This document shows, piece by piece, positions 23,813-34,152 of a DNA stretch of 64,000 bases. The notes under the pieces were generated by a model, which saw only the letters and a program-made list of their open reading frames with translations, was not told where the DNA came from and ran no database searches. Positions within the stretch are counted from its first letter, which is position 1. Each line of letters opens with the position of its first letter. This DNA comes from Patescibacteria group bacterium. Lineage in GTDB: Bacteria > Patescibacteriota > Patescibacteriia > Magasanikbacterales > GWA2-37-8. The translations under genes were made by a program, and so were the position numbers. The stretch covers positions 111,929-175,928 of the forward strand of contig SCQK01000013.1 of assembly GCA_004321885.1 (NCBI GenBank). Reading direction: 5' to 3'.

Positions 23813-24709
23813 TTACCAATTTAACAAAAGTTGCTCCACGGCCAAGCGCTGATTTACGTTTTGCCGCAAGAGCGCTCTGGTCTGGCCGATGCTGTCTATA
23901 ATTGCGGCCGCCTGACAAGCCGCCGGGCCCGGTCTTTTCCCCAACATCACCTCGCGCCACAATGTCTGCCATATTTCCAAAACCTCATTCATCCGGTCTT
24001 TGTTAAGTCCCTTCTCGTCTTTCTCCAATAAATTTTCCATTTTTTTCATGCGCTCGTAAACCGGCCGGCCGATGATTTCCTCCCAGCGCTTTACCTCGCC
24101 GAGCCATCCATTCAGGCGCTCTTCGTTCTCGGCCAAGTCAATCGCCAGCCCTGGTTTGCCCAACGCCAGCTTGGCCGCCATGGCCGCGCGCTCGCCATAG
24201 CCCGCTTCCGCCAAACCAGCGCGTATTTCTTCTGCGGGCGCTGGCGCGAAGTAAAAAACCTGACAGCGCGAGCGGATGGTCGGCAACAAGCCCGTGTCAT
24301 CCGCGGTCAAAAGAAAAAAAACGCTTCTTCCGGCCGATTCTTCCAAAACTCTAAGCAGGGCATTGCCCGATTCTTTGTTTAGCTTCTCGGCTTCGTCTAT
24401 GATGCCTACTTTGTACCCACCCATCCAGGCACGCCGGTTGGCAAACTCTTTGAACTGCCGCGCCTGGGCCACGGAAATATCCTGATTTAGTTTGCCGGTT
24501 TTTTCGTTTACCTGCCGCTCTACATAATAATAATCCGTGTGCGAAGATAGTTTTGCCGCCTCCACCGCCAGCAATTTAGCCGCGACATAATTCGCCATTG
24601 TCCTCTTGCCCGTCTGGTCGCGCCCCACAAAGCAATACGCGTGCGCCAAATTGCCGTTTTTTATACAGTTTTCAAAAAAAGACAACGCTTTTTGGTGGCC
24701 GATTAACAT
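23813..24709 (-). CDS. holB: DNA polymerase III delta-prime subunit
   Basis: AHAYCFVGRDQTGKRT is a P-loop-like motif, IIDEAEKLN a DExx box, and TIRSRCQ an SRC-like motif. Confidence 0.8.
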   Translation of the reverse strand: MLIGHQKALSFFENCIKNGNLAHAYCFVGRDQTGKRTMANYVAAKLLAVEAAKLSSHTDYYYVERQVNEKTGKLNQDISVAQARQFKEFANRRAWMGGYKVGIIDEAEKLNKESGNALLRVLEESAGRSVFFLLTADDTGLLPTIRSRCQVFYFAPAPAEEIRAGLAEAGYGERAAMAAKLALGKPGLAIDLAENEERLNGWLGEVKRWEEIIGRPVYERMKKMENLLEKDEKGLNKDRMNEVLEIWQTLWREVMLGKRPGPAACQAAAIIDSIGQTRALLRQNVNQRLAVEQLLLNW

Positions 24710-24804
24710 ATAAACATTTTACCAAAAAAACACAGAACTGGCAATGACAGCGACATTGCTACCCCTCCCAACCCTCCCCTTATCAAAGGGAGGGATTATA
24801 GGGA

Positions 24805-25842
24805 TTATTTGGTTGCCAAAATACTGCGCTTATAATTATCCAAATTGTCCAGCGCGATGCCCGTACCTTTTGATACGCACAAAAGCGGCTCTTCGGCCAC
24901 ATAGGTGGACACGCCAGTGGCCTGGGCAATCAGCTCGTCCAGATTGCGCAACATGGCCGAGCCGCCGGATAAAATAATGCCCTTGTCTATCACATCAGCC
25001 GCCAGCTCGGGCGGAGTCTTGTGCAAAACCTCTTTCACGGCTTCTATTAAGTGCTCTAAATCCGTGCGCAGGGCCTCGGTGGTGTCGTCCGAGGTTGCAG
25101 TCAGGGTGCGCGGCAAGCCGCTAATCATATCCAACCCTTTTATCTCCATGGAAATTGGCTTGTCCATAAACATGGCCGAACCCACTTTTATTTTCATTTC
25201 TTCGGCCATGCGTTCGCCAATAGCCAGATTGTATTTGTGGCGCACGTAATCCACGATGGCTTTGTCAAATTTATTGCCGCCAATGCGCGCCGAGCCCCAC
25301 GATACAATGCCGCCCAAGGAAATGACCGCGATTTCGGCGGTGCCGCCGCCAATGTCTATAATCATGTGCCCCGAAGCCGCGCCAATGGGAATGTCGGCGC
25401 CGATGGCCGCCACTATCGGTTCCTTTATTATATATGCGGCGCGCGCTCCGGCCGCGATGGTGGCGTCTATCACCGCGCGCCTCTCGGTGGAAGTGATGCC
25501 GGCCGGCACCGACACCATCACCTCGGGCCGAAACAAATGCACCCCGCCCAGCGCCTTGTTGATAAAGTATCTTAACATCGCCTCGGTGGTGTGGTAGTTG
25601 GCGATTACGCCGTCTTTGAGCGGACGCTCGGCGATAATACTGTCCGGCGCGCGGCCAATCATGTCTTTGGCTTCCAGCCCGACAGCCAAAACTTTGCCAT
25701 CGGCTTTGGAAATGGCCACCACGCTGGGCTCGTTCACCACAATGCCTTTTTTGGGAACATAAACAAGCACGTTGGTGGTGCCGAGGTCAATGCCGATTTT
25801 TTTGATGAACATATTTTGAAAATTCCAATTACCAATATCCAA
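24805..25842 (-). CDS. mreB: rod shape-determining actin homologue MreB (likely start at MFIKKIGIDLGT, 25809)
   Basis: IGIDLGTTN, DIGGGTAEIAV and the overall actin-fold motifs. Confidence 0.92.
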   Translation of the reverse strand: MDIGNWNFQNMFIKKIGIDLGTTNVLVYVPKKGIVVNEPSVVAISKADGKVLAVGLEAKDMIGRAPDSIIAERPLKDGVIANYHTTEAMLRYFINKALGGVHLFRPEVMVSVPAGITSTERRAVIDATIAAGARAAYIIKEPIVAAIGADIPIGAASGHMIIDIGGGTAEIAVISLGGIVSWGSARIGGNKFDKAIVDYVRHKYNLAIGERMAEEMKIKVGSAMFMDKPISMEIKGLDMISGLPRTLTATSDDTTEALRTDLEHLIEAVKEVLHKTPPELAADVIDKGIILSGGSAMLRNLDELIAQATGVSTYVAEEPLLCVSKGTGIALDNLDNYKRSILATK

Positions 25843-25928
25843 TGACCAATTATTTCGCTTCGCTCAATGAATACAAATGTCAAATTTTGACATTTGGATT
25901 TTGAAATTGATTTGACATTGGAAATTTG

Positions 25929-27386
25929 TCATTTGAACTTTACAACTATCTCCCTGTCCTCTCGCAGATCAGTGACTAAATCATAACGCGTGTCTCCGTG
26001 CTTGGCGCTCGGTTCTCCGGGCGCCGCGAATACCACACTTTTACCAAAATCCAGGCCCAGAGTCAATCCAGGCGCCACGGTGCCAATTTGTTTTTGTACC
26101 AGCAAATCATAAGCGCCGGTTTTAATCTGGCCGGCTATTTCCGGTGCGACCGCGTACCTAAATTCCAATCCGCCGGTCCCACCCGGCTCCACGGAAATAA
26201 ACGCGCCAAACCACTGACGCCCGTTTTCCAGGCCCTGGTCCGCGGACGCGGTTTTCTTTTTACCCTCGGGCATGGCGCCGGAAACCGCGATAATTTTACT
26301 GCCCGCCGGCACATATATACGCGCGTAATCGCGATAGCGCGTGGTGCGCCAGTCAAATTTGCCGTTGTGCTTGAATTTCATTTTGGCCGTGGCGATAAAA
26401 CTGCCTTTGCCGTCGGGCGCCAGGGAATACGACAGCTCACGCGTGATGCTGGCGTCGGTTTTCAGCGCGGCTAAATTGGCGTCGGCCCACAGCAAATAAT
26501 CGCCGCTGGTCTGGCGCATCTGGCCGGAAATTTTTTTCAGCGCCAAAACCGGCTGGACCGCGGGCGACGGCGAAAAAACAACGATTTGCTTTTCACGCAA
26601 CAATTTTTCCACCAAAGTTAGATACTTGGGCCAACGCAAGAGCACGCGCGTTTTCAAATCGTCTATGAACGCGCGCGTCAATTCGCCGAGCAGGCGCTTG
26701 CGCTCGTCAAAACTGATTCCCTTTTTGGCATAGCCATACTCCACTTCATATTCCAGCTTTTCGGTAAAATTTTCCGCGGTAAATTCCAGGCCGCCGGCTT
26801 TCACCGGCCCGCTTAAGCGCAAAATTTCTTCAATCACGGTGGGTGTAATTCCGATGACCGCGTCTATGACATCGGCCGCTTCTCCCCTTTCCAATTTATA
26901 CAATTCCAGGGCCTTGGCCGAAGACAAGGCGAAATCCGGCGACCAATTGCTGTCGCGAAACTCCCAGCGCTTGATGCCCAAATATTTTGAGAGGGGCTCG
27001 GGCGGCTCGGCCGCGAAATCATTGGGCGAAGAGTTATCCAAAATCTCGGTGCCTTCCACTTTCAAAACCTGGGGCACGGCTTTATCCATCCGCACCACCG
27101 CGTAAGTGCCGATAAAACCCCCGCCCGGACGCAATTCCGTGTTGTTCAAAAACAACAGCAGATAAGTGCGCGGCCCGGTGTAGCCCAAAATTTCCTGCAT
27201 CGGATTGCCCGCAGGCAAATTGAGTTTCTGGCTGATTTTTTCTCCGGCCTTTTCCACCAGCGCGTCTTTCAGGCCGAAATACTTAAACCAAACCCATAAG
27301 GCGAGCACACTTGAAGCCAATAACACAAAAAAGATAACAATCACTAATTTAAATTTTGACATAATAGCGATAGCCTTAAATCCCAA
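25929..27386 (-). CDS. membrane-anchored DUF4012-like protein
   Basis: N-terminal TM, then LLLFLNNTELRPGGGFIGTYAV typical of DUF4012. 485 aa. Confidence 0.5.
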   Translation of the reverse strand: MGFKAIAIMSKFKLVIVIFFVLLASSVLALWVWFKYFGLKDALVEKAGEKISQKLNLPAGNPMQEILGYTGPRTYLLLFLNNTELRPGGGFIGTYAVVRMDKAVPQVLKVEGTEILDNSSPNDFAAEPPEPLSKYLGIKRWEFRDSNWSPDFALSSAKALELYKLERGEAADVIDAVIGITPTVIEEILRLSGPVKAGGLEFTAENFTEKLEYEVEYGYAKKGISFDERKRLLGELTRAFIDDLKTRVLLRWPKYLTLVEKLLREKQIVVFSPSPAVQPVLALKKISGQMRQTSGDYLLWADANLAALKTDASITRELSYSLAPDGKGSFIATAKMKFKHNGKFDWRTTRYRDYARIYVPAGSKIIAVSGAMPEGKKKTASADQGLENGRQWFGAFISVEPGGTGGLEFRYAVAPEIAGQIKTGAYDLLVQKQIGTVAPGLTLGLDFGKSVVFAAPGEPSAKHGDTRYDLVTDLREDREIVVKFK

Positions 27387-27489
27387 TTACCAATTAATGA
27401 CCAAACCCCCCAATGACCAATTCGCGAATTGGACATTTGAACATTGGAACTTGATTGGGCATTGGACATTGGGATTTGAAATTTTTTAT

Positions 27490-28974
27490 TCACGTCCTCT
27501 GTTTGGCCGACACATTAAACCCCAAATACTTTCCAAACATCAGATGCGTGACCGCGTCTATACATGGAAAAGCCGAGAAAAAAATGAGCGACACGGGCAG
27601 CAGCAGCCATTGCAAAATCATGTACAGGTATTTGTGCGGCGAGTGCGCCTGGGGACGGCGCGGCAAAATCAGCAGGCTCATCAGCATAGAAACCAACAGC
27701 CCCAGCATGGCAATGCTCATCAGAATTTCCAAAATGTTCGGGGTATTGAAAAACAGCGCGCTTTGACGGACATCGTTTCCGGCCACCCACAGCGGCAGGC
27801 GCCCGACCACAGTGATTAAAATCGCCACCACGGCCCAGCTCCATTTGCCTTCCCACTCGTGGAAAAGCGCCACGAATTTTTTTGTCCAGGGCACCATTTT
27901 GTTTTTGCGCAAATTCCACAGCAAATACGGAATATGCTCGGCGCCCCAGGCCCAGCGCCTCTGCTGAAAATACAAATTTTTCAAACTCTGCCACCAATTT
28001 TCCGCGCGCGCCGTATCCATGGATACCGGAATATACAACGGGGTCACTTCGTAATCGCCGTTGTATTTCAGCCAGCATTGAAAAAATATGCGCGAATCCT
28101 CGCTGACAATGTCTTTGGCGTGGCCCCCGCAGTCCATCACCGCCTTAAAACTCATGCTGTGGGAAGAAAAAGTAACCAGGTTGTCCAAACGCGCCAGGGA
28201 AAACAGCATCCAAAAACTGGTGCCAAAGGCCATGATGCGCAAGACCGAGGGCGACTCCCACAAATTGTTATTGTACAAAGTGATGGGTTGGAAAGAACTG
28301 CGCTCGGGACGCGGATGCAACGAGTACATATAAGTAAGATGGCTGAAAAACTGCGGGTGCACCACTGTGTCCACGTCCAACACTGAAATAATTATGTCTT
28401 CATAACGCCAGCCTTTGGCATCGGCGTATTTTTTGAACTGCCATTCGGCGTAGTTGACATTGGAACCCTTGCCCGGAATTTCATCGGGCAAATCCTGGGG
28501 GTGCGTGTAGAGCAAAATGTCGGCAAACTTGCCGGCGTAATTTTTTTTGATTTCATTTTGAATTTCCTGCCAGTGCGTTAGCTGGCGCGCCTCGCCCGAG
28601 ACCACCAGATAAAGTTTTTCCGGCGGATAGGTGGACTCAGCAATGCCTTTGAGGGTGCAATTCACGACACCCCAACTTTCATTATACAATGGCAAAAAAA
28701 TTACATTCTTCTTTTCTTCCCAATTTGGGAATTCCTTTTTGAGTCGTGCCAGCCAGTCCACTTTGATGGCGCGGCGAAACCGGCGCCAGGAAAGAAACAG
28801 ATAAAAAGAAAAATACGCCACCCGAATCACCCAATAGATGTCAAAGATTATTATAAAGTATATCATCCAAAGCGGTTTTACGAAAGAGACGACAATGCCG
28901 GCGATAAGCGTCGCCCAAATACTGGCCCCGGGCAAAATTTCGTAGATGCGATAGCGAGTAAAATCCGAGAGCAT
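27490..28974 (-). CDS. processive family-2 glycosyltransferase (cellulose/chitin-synthase-like, polytopic)
   Basis: LPLYNES, VLDVDT (DxD), SEDSRI, and QQRRWAWG matching the QxxRW motif. TM helices at both ends. Confidence 0.8.
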   Translation of the reverse strand: MLSDFTRYRIYEILPGASIWATLIAGIVVSFVKPLWMIYFIIIFDIYWVIRVAYFSFYLFLSWRRFRRAIKVDWLARLKKEFPNWEEKKNVIFLPLYNESWGVVNCTLKGIAESTYPPEKLYLVVSGEARQLTHWQEIQNEIKKNYAGKFADILLYTHPQDLPDEIPGKGSNVNYAEWQFKKYADAKGWRYEDIIISVLDVDTVVHPQFFSHLTYMYSLHPRPERSSFQPITLYNNNLWESPSVLRIMAFGTSFWMLFSLARLDNLVTFSSHSMSFKAVMDCGGHAKDIVSEDSRIFFQCWLKYNGDYEVTPLYIPVSMDTARAENWWQSLKNLYFQQRRWAWGAEHIPYLLWNLRKNKMVPWTKKFVALFHEWEGKWSWAVVAILITVVGRLPLWVAGNDVRQSALFFNTPNILEILMSIAMLGLLVSMLMSLLILPRRPQAHSPHKYLYMILQWLLLPVSLIFFSAFPCIDAVTHLMFGKYLGFNVSAKQRT

Positions 28975-29127
28975 ACTACTTGTTTAATTTCCTCACAACC
29001 CCTCTTTCCGCCCCGTCATTCGACGGGGCTTCGCGCGGTCAATGTATTTTCCTTACTATTCCGCGCTCCGCGTCCACCCCGCACCAAAACTCTCTTCGCT
29101 CATTTGGTGCGGGGCATGCTTCCACCA

Positions 29128-30186
29128 TTACTGTTCTATTCTCTTCACTATACCCTTGTTCGCATCAACTTCAACGAGGTCGCCGTCTTTAAAAACTTTG
29201 GTGGCTATTTCGGTTCCAATGATGCATGGCTTTTTCAGTTCACGCGCCACAATGGCGGCATGTGAAAGCAGACCACCCGCGTCGGTTACAAACGCCGCCG
29301 ACATCTTCATTAAAGATAAATACTCTGGCCGCGTCATCCCCGCCACCAAAACATCACCCGGCTTAAAATCAGTATCCGCTTTAGGATCAAAAACCACGCG
29401 TACGCGGCCGCGCGCCATCCCTTTGTATGCGACCATACCTTTTATTTCAGAACCTGGCAGTCCAGCCACTATCCCCTCCATTATTTTCTTAAATTCCTCA
29501 CCTTTATACAGATTAAATTTACCGTCGGCATCGTATAAAATCGCGCAACCACGATACCTCTCGGTCAACTCTTCCGCATCCGGTAAATTACCATTCAAAA
29601 AATATTCACGGATTTCTTCTTTAAGAAGCACAGAAATTTCTTGAGTGGAAAATCTTTTCCCGATTAAAAAATCCAAAATTTTCTGGAATATCCGCTCTGT
29701 TTCATTATAAATTGGTTCGCAATGAAGCCGCGCGCGTCTGAACGTATCTAAATATTTTTCCATTAATTCTTGCGGCAAAAAATTAATTACTTGTTTTATA
29801 GAAAAATTCGCGCTCGTCATTGCCAATAGTAAATCCTGAAATTTAAAAAAATCCGCCGGCGAAAAAGTATTTCTTGAGTCTAATTCTCGGATAAACTCAT
29901 AAATTTTATCCGCGCCCATTGTCAGCTGGCTGGCCCATTGACCAGGCTTTACGGAATCCTTTATTATTATTGAAACCAAAAGCTGGCAGTAAGCGCTCAA
30001 TTCACTACGAACCAGATAATTTGAACTGGTTCCAGATTCAAAAACGATCAGATTGTGCGCCAAGCCTTGGCCAGCCAATTCTTTGATACTTCTCGCATAA
30101 AAATCGCCGTACAGACTGACAAAAGGCAGGCCCCACTGACCCGACCAATTTTTTGTCCAAATTTCATTGGTAAAAATTTTATTCAT
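29128..30186 (-). CDS. PEP-utilising-enzyme mobile (phosphohistidine swivel) domain protein
   Basis: C-terminal VLVAGMTRPEYLSLMKMSAAFVTDAGGLLSHAAIVARELKKPCIIG is the PEP-utilizers signature. The N-terminal ~270 aa are unassigned. Start taken at MNKIFTNEIW. Confidence 0.65.
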   Translation of the reverse strand: MNKIFTNEIWTKNWSGQWGLPFVSLYGDFYARSIKELAGQGLAHNLIVFESGTSSNYLVRSELSAYCQLLVSIIIKDSVKPGQWASQLTMGADKIYEFIRELDSRNTFSPADFFKFQDLLLAMTSANFSIKQVINFLPQELMEKYLDTFRRARLHCEPIYNETERIFQKILDFLIGKRFSTQEISVLLKEEIREYFLNGNLPDAEELTERYRGCAILYDADGKFNLYKGEEFKKIMEGIVAGLPGSEIKGMVAYKGMARGRVRVVFDPKADTDFKPGDVLVAGMTRPEYLSLMKMSAAFVTDAGGLLSHAAIVARELKKPCIIGTEIATKVFKDGDLVEVDANKGIVKRIEQ

Positions 30187-30224
30187 AATAATTACCCCTC
30201 CCTCACCCTCCTCCTGAAACAAGT

Positions 30225-30704
30225 TCAGGACAGGCTCTTAAAAAGGGGCGGGCTGGATGGGGTCACCCGCGCTTCGCCGCTGTATTGGGGGGCGATGTAG
30301 CGGCCGGGTTTAGCTCTTTTGAAACGCGCCAGCGCCTGGGCCGGAGTCCAGCCGGGTTCCAGAGAGATTACCGGGATTTTCAGGGCGTAGGCCATGGTGT
30401 TGCCGAACGTAGCGGCCAGACGACTGGCGGTAAAACTCTCGGCGCCGCTCACCACCCCGATGCCTTTAATTTTTTTCAGCGGCAATTTTTGTTTTTTCAG
30501 GAATTTGTCAAATGCTTCCACGATGGATGTCCTATTACCACTAGATTCCCCCGTACTTAGTCGGGGGAATGACAATCGGGCTCCACAGGCCTTCGGCACT
30601 ATGGAGCCAGCGATAATTCCACAGGCCTTCGGCACTATGGAGCCAGCGATAATTCCGGAAACGCAAATAGCCCCTTCTTGGTTATTATCTACAATAAGAA
30701 ACAT
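30225..30704 (-). CDS. tsaB: TsaB (YeaZ)-like t6A-biosynthesis partner protein carrying an in-frame tandem-repeat insertion
   Basis: MFLIVDNNQEGAICVS...GIGVVSGAESFTASRLAATFGNTMAYALKIPV aligns with the TsaB N-terminal domain (compare GPGSFTGVRIGIGIAQGLA). A 2 x 36-bp tandem repeat (GIIAGSIVPKAC twice) and a hairpin replace the first beta-hairpin. Confidence 0.6.
   Translation of the reverse strand: MFLIVDNNQEGAICVSGIIAGSIVPKACGIIAGSIVPKACGARLSFPRLSTGESSGNRTSIVEAFDKFLKKQKLPLKKIKGIGVVSGAESFTASRLAATFGNTMAYALKIPVISLEPGWTPAQALARFKRAKPGRYIAPQYSGEARVTPSSPPLFKSLS
30583..30654. repeat. perfect 36-bp x 2 tandem repeat inside the tsaB-like ORF
   Basis: cacaggccttcggcactatggagccagcgataattc at 30583-30618 repeats exactly at 30619-30654. 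Each copy is itself hairpin-forming (ggctccacag / ctatggagcc). A related sequence is at 45485-45540. Confidence 0.9.
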
Positions 30705-30785
30705 AAAAAAAACCCACCCCCTGCCACCACACCAAAATCTTTGGTGTGGTGGCCTGCCCCTCCCCTAATAGGGGAGGGTAGCTCG

Positions 30786-31394
30786 CTATGTTAGCTCATC
30801 AATCACTGTCGTATGCTTGCCCTCAAACACGCTATACAAAAACTTATCACCTATTTCTCGCCTTTCACTAAACTCTTTCTCGCTTAACGTAGTGTACCTA
30901 ATAGGCTTTCCCAGATATTTTTCATATGCCGCGATGGTCTTGGCCACCACCAGCGGCTTCAAATTGCCCACTAAAAGCACATCAGTCACATTTTCCGAAC
31001 CGGTAAAAAGTCCGGTCAGCATAAAAAGCTTCAAACGGCCGGCTTTTGTTTTTAAGTCCTCAATCAATTTTTGCTCTTTAATCAGATTCTCTTTGGCCAA
31101 AAGCGACTTTAATTCAAAAAACAGGGTGCAGTCGGTTTGCAGACGGTAGTATTTGGAGCGCGTGGTGCCGGCGTTGTCCGGGTCCTTGGCTATTTTTTCC
31201 AAGGATGAAACCGGCGCGAGCAAACCGATGTCTTCCAAATTGGCCAGCTCGCGGCGCACCGCGTTCATCTGCCCCTCTATTTCGCGCACTATTTCGCGCA
31301 CGTAAAACGACCTCTGCGGGTGCTTAAAAAGCAGGCTCAAAATCTTGATTCTGGTCTTTGAACCAAAAAGTTGTTCAAGCATATAATGTACCAA
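30786..31394 (-). CDS. winged-helix (ArsR-like) transcriptional regulator with a C-terminal extension
   Basis: The N-terminal MLEQLFGSKTRIKILSLLFKHPQRSFYVREIVREIEGQMNAVRRELANLEDIGLL is an ArsR/wHTH signature. Confidence 0.55.
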   Translation of the reverse strand: MVHYMLEQLFGSKTRIKILSLLFKHPQRSFYVREIVREIEGQMNAVRRELANLEDIGLLAPVSSLEKIAKDPDNAGTTRSKYYRLQTDCTLFFELKSLLAKENLIKEQKLIEDLKTKAGRLKLFMLTGLFTGSENVTDVLLVGNLKPLVVAKTIAAYEKYLGKPIRYTTLSEKEFSERREIGDKFLYSVFEGKHTTVIDELT

Positions 31395-31506
31395 TCTCCC
31401 CCTCTCCTTTTAGAAGGGGAGGGACAGGGAGGGGTAAATTATCAATTGCGCTATTCTTTAATACATAGTATAATAATTACACTTCAAAAAGTAAAGATGC
31501 GCCAAT

Positions 31507-33738
31507 ATGCGGCCGGTTTTGCAATTACACGAATTTTTTGTGGAAGGCAACGACCCTTTCGCCTCGCACGTCCTGCTAAACATCACCGAACCATCCACTC
31601 CCGAAGAAATGGACAAGGGGTATTTTTTCGCGGTCTGCGAGATTAGCGGCGGAGACAACAAATACATCAGCCGTGCCCAGGAAATGGTGGATGAAATTGA
31701 AAACAGCTATTACGAAACCGGAGACGAAGCCGACAGAAACTCGCTGGAAATAATCCTGGACAAAATCAACCAGCAGTTCATGGCTATCGCCAAAAAGGAT
31801 TCTCCGCTCAACTGCGCGCTGGGAGCCATCCGGCAGGGCGATGTTATCTTCAGCTTTTGCGGCCAGCCGCAAATGCTTTTGTTTTACAAGCACCGCGACC
31901 AGTACGACAAAATGGACCTTATCGCCGAAAATACCGGCGATGAAAACCCGGAAGACAGGCAACTGTTTTCGCAAATCGTGCAGGGCAAAATCAGCGCCAA
32001 TGATTTTTTCTATGTCAGCACCTCGCGCGTGGCCGATTACTTCAGCCACGACCGCCTGCAAAAAATTATTTCCTCGCGTCCACCGCGCCAAAGCGCCGAA
32101 CATCTGCAGAAAGTGCTATCTGAACTGAAAAATAATTTGTCTTTCGGCGGCATTATCATTCATCGCGAGTCCGAGGGCGACGAGGGCGTAATGCCGAAAA
32201 TCAGCCTGCCCAAAAAAGGCTCGGTAAAATCTTTGGCCAACTTGTTTCATACCGAGCAAAACACGGCGCGCATTTTGTCCCCGTCCATATTCCCGCGCCT
32301 GCCGGATAAAGCGCCGCCCGGCGAAGAGCGGGCCTTGCCCGCGCGCCCGGCCCCTGCCCGCCTGGCCCATTTGCGCCAGCACGCGTCCAGAACCGCGCCA
32401 GCCAAACGAATTGATTACAGCGCCGCCTTGCGCGCGCTTGCCCGCGGAGCCGCGGCCTTTCTCCGGTTTCTCACAAACGCTCTAATCTGGCTGGCCAAGT
32501 TTTTCATCGCTGTTTTTGCCGGCATCGGCAAGGGTCTTGGCTTAATATTCATCGTCGCGATAAATTATCAGAACAGGCGCGGACTGGTGCTAGGGCACTA
32601 CGGCCGCCAGTGGCGGGCGTACAAAGATTTCATCAAGCGCATGCCGCTTCTCACTAAAATTTTAATCGCAACCGGATTTTTGGCGGCCATTGGACTGGTC
32701 GCCGGGGTCAGTTATTTAAAAATGAAACAAAAACAAGATAACGAGGAACGCGCCGCCAAAAGCGCGATAGAAACAATCAGGGGCCAGCTCACTTCGGCCG
32801 AAAGCGCGCTCATTTACAACAACTCGGCCGCCGCGCTCGGGCAATTAACCGAAGCCGAAGCGCTTTTGCAAAAATTAAACTGCGAGAAAAAACCCGGCGA
32901 ATGCGGCGAATTAAAATCCCAGTTGGACGCCCTTTTTGCCAAAACCAGAAAAGAAACCCGCGCCCGGGCCGAGATGCTGGCTGATTGGAGCGCGCTGTCC
33001 CCGGGCCTGGCATTAAAGCTCGTGGCGATGAATAAAGAAATTTTCGGCTACGGCCCCACTACCAGTCTTTTGTATTACAACTTCGTCAGCAAAGAAAGCG
33101 CGCTTGTCCCCGGTTCGCTGGCCGTGAACGGATTCGCGCGAGCCGCGGCGCCAAAAGAAAACGATTTTATCGCGCTGTTAAATGATGACTTAAAAAACTT
33201 GTCCGTATTCAAACCCAAAGACCGCGCCTGGCAAAGCATTGACATAGAGCATCCTTCCGCCGGAGCGGCTACTCTCGCCATTTCCGTGTATAACCGCCGG
33301 ATGTACACGGTTTCGGACAAACAAATTTACCGCCACGACGGTATCCGCGCCGGCTATGGCCGGGGCAAAGAGTGGCTAAGCGAGCCGGCGGAACTATCTG
33401 ATACCATAGACCTGGTCATAGACGGAGATTTGTGGACTCTTTCCAAAACCGGCCGCTTGCAAAAATTTACCGGCGGCAAAAAGCAGGCCTTTGAAATTAC
33501 CGGGCTTAATCCGGCGCTTGATTCGGCCGATGATATTTGGACCTACACGGACCTGAACTACTTGTATATTTTAGACGGCGCGCGCGAGCGCATTGTGCTC
33601 CTAGGCAAAGACGGCCAACTGCAAAGGCAAATCACGGCGCTCGAGCTGAAAGGCGCCACGGGCATGGCGGTGGATGAAACAAATATGAGCGCGATTTTTG
33701 TCAGCCAAGGGAAGTTGTACCAAATTTCACTAAAATAA
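31507..33738 (+). CDS. large membrane-spanning protein with an N-terminal PPM/SpoIIE-like domain, hypothetical
   Basis: 743 aa and the only long plus-strand gene in the centre of the window. Cytoplasmic N-domain, TM block around residues 300-400, and a large C-terminal extracytoplasmic domain. Confidence 0.5.
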   Translation: MRPVLQLHEFFVEGNDPFASHVLLNITEPSTPEEMDKGYFFAVCEISGGDNKYISRAQEMVDEIENSYYETGDEADRNSLEIILDKINQQFMAIAKKDSPLNCALGAIRQGDVIFSFCGQPQMLLFYKHRDQYDKMDLIAENTGDENPEDRQLFSQIVQGKISANDFFYVSTSRVADYFSHDRLQKIISSRPPRQSAEHLQKVLSELKNNLSFGGIIIHRESEGDEGVMPKISLPKKGSVKSLANLFHTEQNTARILSPSIFPRLPDKAPPGEERALPARPAPARLAHLRQHASRTAPAKRIDYSAALRALARGAAAFLRFLTNALIWLAKFFIAVFAGIGKGLGLIFIVAINYQNRRGLVLGHYGRQWRAYKDFIKRMPLLTKILIATGFLAAIGLVAGVSYLKMKQKQDNEERAAKSAIETIRGQLTSAESALIYNNSAAALGQLTEAEALLQKLNCEKKPGECGELKSQLDALFAKTRKETRARAEMLADWSALSPGLALKLVAMNKEIFGYGPTTSLLYYNFVSKESALVPGSLAVNGFARAAAPKENDFIALLNDDLKNLSVFKPKDRAWQSIDIEHPSAGAATLAISVYNRRMYTVSDKQIYRHDGIRAGYGRGKEWLSEPAELSDTIDLVIDGDLWTLSKTGRLQKFTGGKKQAFEITGLNPALDSADDIWTYTDLNYLYILDGARERIVLLGKDGQLQRQITALELKGATGMAVDETNMSAIFVSQGKLYQISLK

Positions 33739-33743
33739 CTTCG

Positions 33744-34148
33744 TTATTTTAACGCCGCCTTCCCACCCGCTTCTTCTATTTTTTTCTTCATGGCTTCGGC
33801 TTCTTCTTTTTTCACGCCTTCTTTTATCACCTTGGGCGCGCCATCCACCAGCGCTTTGGCGTCGGCCAAACCCAGACCGGTGATTTCTTTTATCACCTTG
33901 ATAACATTGATTTTGCTCGCGCCGGCTTCGGTGAGTTCAACGTTGAACTCAGTTTTTTCCTCCGCGGCCGGGGCCGCGCCGGCAGCTGGAGCAGCCATCA
34001 TCATAGCCGGAGCCGCGGCGGATACGCCGAATTTGTCTTCCAGAATTTTGACCAGCTCGGCCAAATCCAGCACGGACATTTTTTCTACTTGTTCCACGAG
34101 GTCTTTGAATTTGGCCGGGACCTCTACGGCCTTTTTTTCTTCGGACAT
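33744..34148 (-). CDS. rplL: 50S ribosomal protein L7/L12
   Basis: Ala-rich hinge, then the C-terminal domain [51 protein letters not shown]. Confidence 0.95.
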   Translation of the reverse strand: MSEEKKAVEVPAKFKDLVEQVEKMSVLDLAELVKILEDKFGVSAAAPAMMMAAPAAGAAPAAEEKTEFNVELTEAGASKINVIKVIKEITGLGLADAKALVDGAPKVIKEGVKKEEAEAMKKKIEEAGGKAALK

Positions 34149-34152
34149 ATGT

